Shown: positions 59,499 through 64,000 of the stretch, one piece after another
How the letters are laid out: the number at the start of each line of letters is the position of its first letter
Position numbering within the stretch: position 1 is the stretch's first letter
Assembly (NCBI GenBank): GCA_963702005.1
Contig: OY969696.1
Location: 512,001-576,000 of the forward strand
Direction of reading: 5' to 3'
Length of the DNA stretch: 64,000 nucleotides
Source: Candidatus Aminicenantes bacterium
GTDB lineage: Bacteria; Acidobacteriota; Aminicenantia; Aminicenantales; JAFGBC01
Program-made: the position numbers and the translations under genes
Notes under the pieces: generated by a model
What the model was told of the DNA's origin: nothing
Seen by the model: only the letters and a program-made list of their open reading frames with translations
Databases searched by the model: none

Positions 59499-60500
59499 TC
59501 ACCTCGCGTTCAGTCGGGCCGGACGGCCGCTCCGGATCGAGCCGAAGACGGCGTCGATGACTTTCATGTTGAGGACGGCGTCGCGAACGCCGTAGCGCGG
59601 AAGCCGGTTCGCGAGCAGGGCTTCCCCGAAATGATCGACCATCCGTACGTAAGAATTCGACGCGGGGATGGGGAGGACGTTTTCCTTGTCCCCTTTGGCG
59701 ACCCGGATTTCGACGTCGAACGATTTCTGGGAGAAAGCGCGCGGAAGCTCGATCCGGCCCCGGCTTCCGGCGATATCGAGCCGGCTCTGGAACTGGGCTT
59801 CGAAGCTAGCGTCGAGATGGGCCGGGCGGCCTCCCGGGAACTCGAGGAGGGCCGAGACCGACATATCGATGCGACGGCGGGGGTGGAATCTGCCCCTGGC
59901 GAAAACCGAGATCGGTTCTTCGCCGAAGAAAAGGCGGGCTCCGCTCACCGGATAGCAGCCGACGTCGAGGAGCGATCCGCCGCCCTTACCGGGCGACCAG
60001 CGATAATTGGAAGGATCGCCCGCATAGGGAAACGTGAACGACGAGCGGACGAAGCGGACGTCGCCGATCTCGCCGGAGCGGACGAGCTCGAGCGCGCGTT
60101 CGACTTGGGGATGGAAGCGGTACATGAAGGCCTCCATAAGGAGAAGGCCGGTCTTCTCCGCGGCGGCCGCCATCGTCTTCGCCTCTCGCGCATCGAGAGC
60201 GATGGGCTTTTCGCACAGGACATGCTTGCCGGCCTTCAAGGCTCGCAGGGTCCAGGGGCCGTGCAAGTGGTTGGCCAGGGGGATGTAGACGGCGTCGATT
60301 TCCGGGTCCTTGAGAAGTGCGGCGTAGTCGTTATAGGCTCTGGAAATATTGAAACGCGACGCCCAGTCCCGGGCTTTTATTTTATCACGGGAGGCGATGC
60401 CCGCGAGCTCCCCGGTCGCCGAGGAGCGAATGGCCGGGATGAGGGCCCGCTCGGCGATGCCGGCGCAGCCCAGGATTCCCCATCTCACGATGCCGGACAT
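59499..60500 (-). CDS. Gfo/Idh/MocA oxidoreductase
   Basis: WGILGCAGIA, HVLCEKP, EAFMYRFHP, GGGSLLDVGCY; start MSGIVR. Confidence 0.92.
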   Translation of the reverse strand: MSGIVRWGILGCAGIAERALIPAIRSSATGELAGIASRDKIKARDWASRFNISRAYNDYAALLKDPEIDAVYIPLANHLHGPWTLRALKAGKHVLCEKPIALDAREAKTMAAAAEKTGLLLMEAFMYRFHPQVERALELVRSGEIGDVRFVRSSFTFPYAGDPSNYRWSPGKGGGSLLDVGCYPVSGARLFFGEEPISVFARGRFHPRRRIDMSVSALLEFPGGRPAHLDASFEAQFQSRLDIAGSRGRIELPRAFSQKSFDVEIRVAKGDKENVLPIPASNSYVRMVDHFGEALLANRLPRYGVRDAVLNMKVIDAVFGSIRSGRPARLNAR

Positions 60501-60532
60501 GGATACCTTCCGCCCGATGAAAAGGCTTTGAT

Positions 60533-62299
60533 CTAATCCTTCTTTAGCATCAGCCCCAGCTCGTCGAGCTGGCGCGGTCCGACTTCGCTCGGCGACCCCG
60601 TCATCAGGCACAGGGCGCTCGTCGTCTTGGGGAAGGGGATGACCTCCCGGATCGATTCTTCGCCGGCCAGGAGCATGACCAGCCGGTCGAAGCCGAGCGC
60701 GATCCCGCCGTGGGGCGGCGTCCCGTAGCCAAGGGCTTCGAGGAAGTATCCGAACTTATCCTCGATCTCCTTGGGCGACAGTCCCAGCGCTTCGAAGACT
60801 CGCTTCTGGACGTCGGGACGATGGATCCGGATCGAGCCGCCGCCGATCTCGGTGCCGTTGAGGACGAGGTCGTAGGCGCGCGCCTTGACCTTGAGCGGCT
60901 CCTTTTCGATAAGGTCAAGGTCGGCCTCGCGCGGCGAGGTGAAGGGATGGTGGACGGCCACGATCTTGCCCTCCTCCTCGCTCCACTCGAACATCGGGAA
61001 CTCGATCACCCAGACGAACTTGAACGCCCCGCTCTTCTTGGCCTCGTCATGGATGAGGTCTTTGCGGATCTCGCCCAGGGCCCTGAGCGCCGTCTCGCGC
61101 TTGCCGGCGATGAGGAGGCCGAGACCGCCCTCCTCGCCTCCGAGCCCGGCCCACAGCCTTTCGTAGTCGGGATCGGCGAGCTTGAGCGCGGACTTGAAGC
61201 CGTCTTGTCTCTTGATCCAGATGAGTCCGGCCGCGCCGAGCGATTTCGCCTTGTCGGCCAGCTTTTCGATCTGGCTCCTCGACAGGGCGCCCGCGCCCTT
61301 GACGAACAGGCCCTTGAGGACGCCGCCCTCGGCCAGGGCCCGCTTGACGATCTCGGAGTCGATCCCGGCCGCCGCGCTGCCCAGGTCCCGGATCTCAAGC
61401 CCGGCCCGGAGGTCGGGCTTGTCCGTTCCGTAGAGGTCCAGGCACTTCTCGAAGGGGATCCGCGCGAAGGGGACCGCGACCTTCTCCCCGATCAGAGCGA
61501 AGACGGCCGCCATCATGTTTTCGCAGAGAGCGTAAACCGCTTCCTCGCCGATGAAACTCATCTCGATGTCGATCTGGGTGAATTCGGGCTGGCGGTCGGC
61601 CCTCAGGTCCTCGTCGCGGAAACAGCGTACGATCTGGAAGTAGCGGTCGAAGCCGCTGATCATGAGCGTCTGCTTGAACTGTTGGGGCGACTGGGGCAGG
61701 GCGTAGAAGCGGCCCTTATGGATCCGGCTCGGGACGAGATAGTCCCGCGCGCCTTCGGGAGTCGACTTTCCCAAGAAGGGCGTCTCGATCTCGAAGAAGC
61801 CCTCCCGGCTCAGGAAGTTCCGGACTTCGAGGGCGGTCCGATGGCGGAGCTTGATGTTCCTCTGCATGGCCGGACGGCGAAGGTCAATGTACCTGTACTT
61901 GAGACGCAACTCCTCGGTCGCCTGGGGCGGGTCGGCCACGACGAAGGGCGGGACCTTGGCCGTGTTGAAGACCGTGAGCGATGACGCTTCGACCTCGACC
62001 TCGCCCGTCGCCATCTGGGGGTTGACGGACTTGGCGTCGCGCGCCTTGACCGCGCCCCGGACTCCGATGACGTCCTCCATCCTGAGTTTTTTGGCCTGTT
62101 CCCTAAGGGCTTCGTTACCGGCGGGGATGACGACCTGAACCAGACCCTGCCGGTCCCTGAGGTCCACGAACAGGAGATGTCCCATATCGCGAAGCCGGTT
62201 GACCCAGCCGCAGAGCGTTACGGCCTTGCCGACGTCCGCCGCCCGCAGCTCTCCGCCATACAGCGTCCTTTTCCACTCGGAGGGATATTCCTGTGTCAT
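60533..62299 (-). CDS. aspS: Aspartate--tRNA ligase
   Basis: STPEGARDYLVPSR, LPQSPQ, CFRDEDLRADRQPEFTQ, PPHGGIALG.DR. Confidence 0.97.
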   Translation of the reverse strand: MTQEYPSEWKRTLYGGELRAADVGKAVTLCGWVNRLRDMGHLLFVDLRDRQGLVQVVIPAGNEALREQAKKLRMEDVIGVRGAVKARDAKSVNPQMATGEVEVEASSLTVFNTAKVPPFVVADPPQATEELRLKYRYIDLRRPAMQRNIKLRHRTALEVRNFLSREGFFEIETPFLGKSTPEGARDYLVPSRIHKGRFYALPQSPQQFKQTLMISGFDRYFQIVRCFRDEDLRADRQPEFTQIDIEMSFIGEEAVYALCENMMAAVFALIGEKVAVPFARIPFEKCLDLYGTDKPDLRAGLEIRDLGSAAAGIDSEIVKRALAEGGVLKGLFVKGAGALSRSQIEKLADKAKSLGAAGLIWIKRQDGFKSALKLADPDYERLWAGLGGEEGGLGLLIAGKRETALRALGEIRKDLIHDEAKKSGAFKFVWVIEFPMFEWSEEEGKIVAVHHPFTSPREADLDLIEKEPLKVKARAYDLVLNGTEIGGGSIRIHRPDVQKRVFEALGLSPKEIEDKFGYFLEALGYGTPPHGGIALGFDRLVMLLAGEESIREVIPFPKTTSALCLMTGSPSEVGPRQLDELGLMLKKD

Positions 62300-62331
62300 G
62301 GGCTTATCCTTTGCCGGGGAACCGCAGGGGC

Positions 62332-63594
62332 TTATCCCCGGATGATCTTGAGAACGTCGTCGGGCGCGGCATCCCGCTGCTCGCCCGTGGCCATGGACTT
62401 GACCGCGTAGCGGCCCTTGCCGACCTCTTCCTCGCCGATGATGACGGCCCAGGCGGCGCCGAGTTTACTGGCCCGGCCCAACTGGGCTTTGAGGCCCCTG
62501 TCCTTGTACTCGACGAGGCACTCGACCCCGTTCGACCGGAGTTTTCGCGCCAGCTCCATGCCGGACTTCTTGGCATCCTCGCCGATATAGGCCAGATAAA
62601 CGAAGGGCTTCTTCTCGACCTTCACTCGGGCCACGGCCAGCAGGCGCTCGATTCCCATGGCGAATCCGATCGCGCACAAGTCCGGGCCGCCGAAGTCCTT
62701 CATCATGTCGTCGTAGCGGCCGCCGCCCAGGACGGCGCTCTGGGCGCCCAGCCCCGGCGCGACGAATTCGAAGGTTGTTCTCGTGTAGTAGTCAATGCCA
62801 CGGACGAGGCGGGGCTCGATCTGGTAAGCCAGCCCGTAGAGGTCGAGGCCGGCCTTGAACTCGGCGAAGTGACCGGCGCATTGGGCGCAGAGAAATTCCG
62901 TGATGGCCGGGAACCCGGCCGCCGCTTCTTTGCAGCCTTCGACTTTGCAGTCGAAGATCCGGAGCGGGTTCGTTTCGGCCTTTCTCTTGCAGTCGTCGCA
63001 GAGGCGGTCTTTGACATCGGCCGCCCGGGCCCGGAGTTCCTTGAGGTAGGCGGGACGGCAGGCCCGGCAGCCCACCGAGTTGACCAGGATTTCGGTACTG
63101 CCGACGCCGACCTCGCGGAGAAGCCGGTCGGCCATCTCGACGATCTCGGCGTCGATGGCGGCGTCTTTCTCGCCAAAGACCTCGATGTCGGCCTGATGGA
63201 ACTGGCGGTAGCGGCCTTTCTGGGGCTTGTCGTAGCGAAACATCGGGCCCAGGTAATAAAAGCGGAGCGGATCGGGCTGGAGGTAGAGCCTGTGCTCGAT
63301 GACGGCCCGGACGACCGAGGGCGTGTACTCGGGGCGCAGAGTGATGGACCGCCCTCCCTTGTCCGTGAAGGTGTACATCTCCTTGATGACGATGTCCGAG
63401 GTCTGGCCGGTCCCCTTCTCGAAAAGCTCGGTCGGCTCGATGACGGGCGCCCGGAGCTCCCGGTAGCCGTAGAGCTCGAAGACGCGCCGGCAGGTCGCCT
63501 CGGCGGACTGCCACTCGCCGACCTCGGCGGGGAGGATGTCCTTGGTCCCCTTGACGGCCGCGATCTCTTTGGGATCCCGCTTGTCTTCGGTCAC
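62332..63594 (-). CDS. hisS: Histidine--tRNA ligase
   Basis: KEMYTF, LRPE.T, PQKGRYRQFHQ, LVRGIDYY, GGGRYD. Confidence 0.97.
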   Translation of the reverse strand: MTEDKRDPKEIAAVKGTKDILPAEVGEWQSAEATCRRVFELYGYRELRAPVIEPTELFEKGTGQTSDIVIKEMYTFTDKGGRSITLRPEYTPSVVRAVIEHRLYLQPDPLRFYYLGPMFRYDKPQKGRYRQFHQADIEVFGEKDAAIDAEIVEMADRLLREVGVGSTEILVNSVGCRACRPAYLKELRARAADVKDRLCDDCKRKAETNPLRIFDCKVEGCKEAAAGFPAITEFLCAQCAGHFAEFKAGLDLYGLAYQIEPRLVRGIDYYTRTTFEFVAPGLGAQSAVLGGGRYDDMMKDFGGPDLCAIGFAMGIERLLAVARVKVEKKPFVYLAYIGEDAKKSGMELARKLRSNGVECLVEYKDRGLKAQLGRASKLGAAWAVIIGEEEVGKGRYAVKSMATGEQRDAAPDDVLKIIRG

Positions 63595-64000
63595 TTCTCG
63601 AAAAAGACTCCCATCTTACGGTATTTCTGATAGCGCTCTTCGAGGAGATCGTCGACGGGCTTCTGCTCGAGTTTCTTGAGGGTTTGGCTAAGGACCTTGT
63701 CCATGTTCTTGAAAGTCGTTTCGTAATCCTGATGGGCGGCGCCGGGCGGCTCCGCGATGATCTTGTCGCACAAGCCGAACTCAAGCCAGTCCTTGGCCGT
63801 GAACCTCAGATTCCGGGCGGCCTGAGCGGCCCGGCCGGAGTCTTTCCAAAGGATGGCGGCGCACCCCTCCGGCGAGATGACCGAGTAAAAGGTGTGTTCG
63901 AGCATGAGGATGGCGTCGCCGACGCCGATCGCCAGGGCGCCGCCGCTTCCCCCCTCGCCGATGACGACATTGACGATGGGGACGCGCAGGGTCGTCATCA
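63591..64000 (-). CDS. accA: Acetyl-CoA carboxylase carboxyltransferase alpha, 5' end beyond window
   Basis: IGEGGSGGALA, YSVISPEGCAAILW, IIAEP..AAH. Confidence 0.94.
   Translation of the reverse strand, partial: MTTLRVPIVNVVIGEGGSGGALAIGVGDAILMLEHTFYSVISPEGCAAILWKDSGRAAQAARNLRFTAKDWLEFGLCDKIIAEPPGAAHQDYETTFKNMDKVLSQTLKKLEQKPVDDLLEERYQKYRKMGVFFEK

Noticed and set aside
62018-62026. GGGGTTGAC motif in aspS
   Set aside because: Ordinary coding sequence (VNP on the minus strand) with no hairpin or 5' element motif

Overview
High-GC bacterial chromosomal segment. The gene set (Acidobacterial-type VWA protein, Hfq-like protein, LPS genes) suggests Acidobacteriota/Aminicenantes, which is an inference. 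Most of it is housekeeping: LPS heptose and Kdo genes; lolB-like-ispE-tRNA-Gln-prs-rplY-pth; rpsF-rpsR-rplI-dnaB-mlaEFD-radA-PIN/TRAM-ispDF; an ECF sigma/anti-sigma/MacAB-TolC operon; a convergent CzcCBA-type efflux operon; smpB; carD; rpmH-rnpA-yidD-yidC-jag-mnmE-mnmG-parS-parAB-bactofilin; kdsB-pyrG-kdsA-kdsD-kdsC; pmm-manC; uppP; aspS-hisS-accA. Two things stand out. (1) A visibly AT-richer island at about 51.8-58.6 kb encodes a membrane-anchored tandem thioredoxin-fold protein, a beta-propeller with an in-frame amber stop, a secreted 10-Cys defensin-like peptide and a VWA protein split by an IS481-like element. (2) A small family of dispersed hairpin mini-elements ends in TTGAC and appears to insert without destroying -35 boxes or reading frames (3267-3346, 48278-48415, possibly inside ispE). 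Also noted: a metal-ligand-rich leader ORF ending IFHPP upstream of czcCBA, an MlaD with a probable C-terminal beta-barrel, a perfect parS site, and two G-tract frameshifts. All calls come from reading the sequence; no searches were run.
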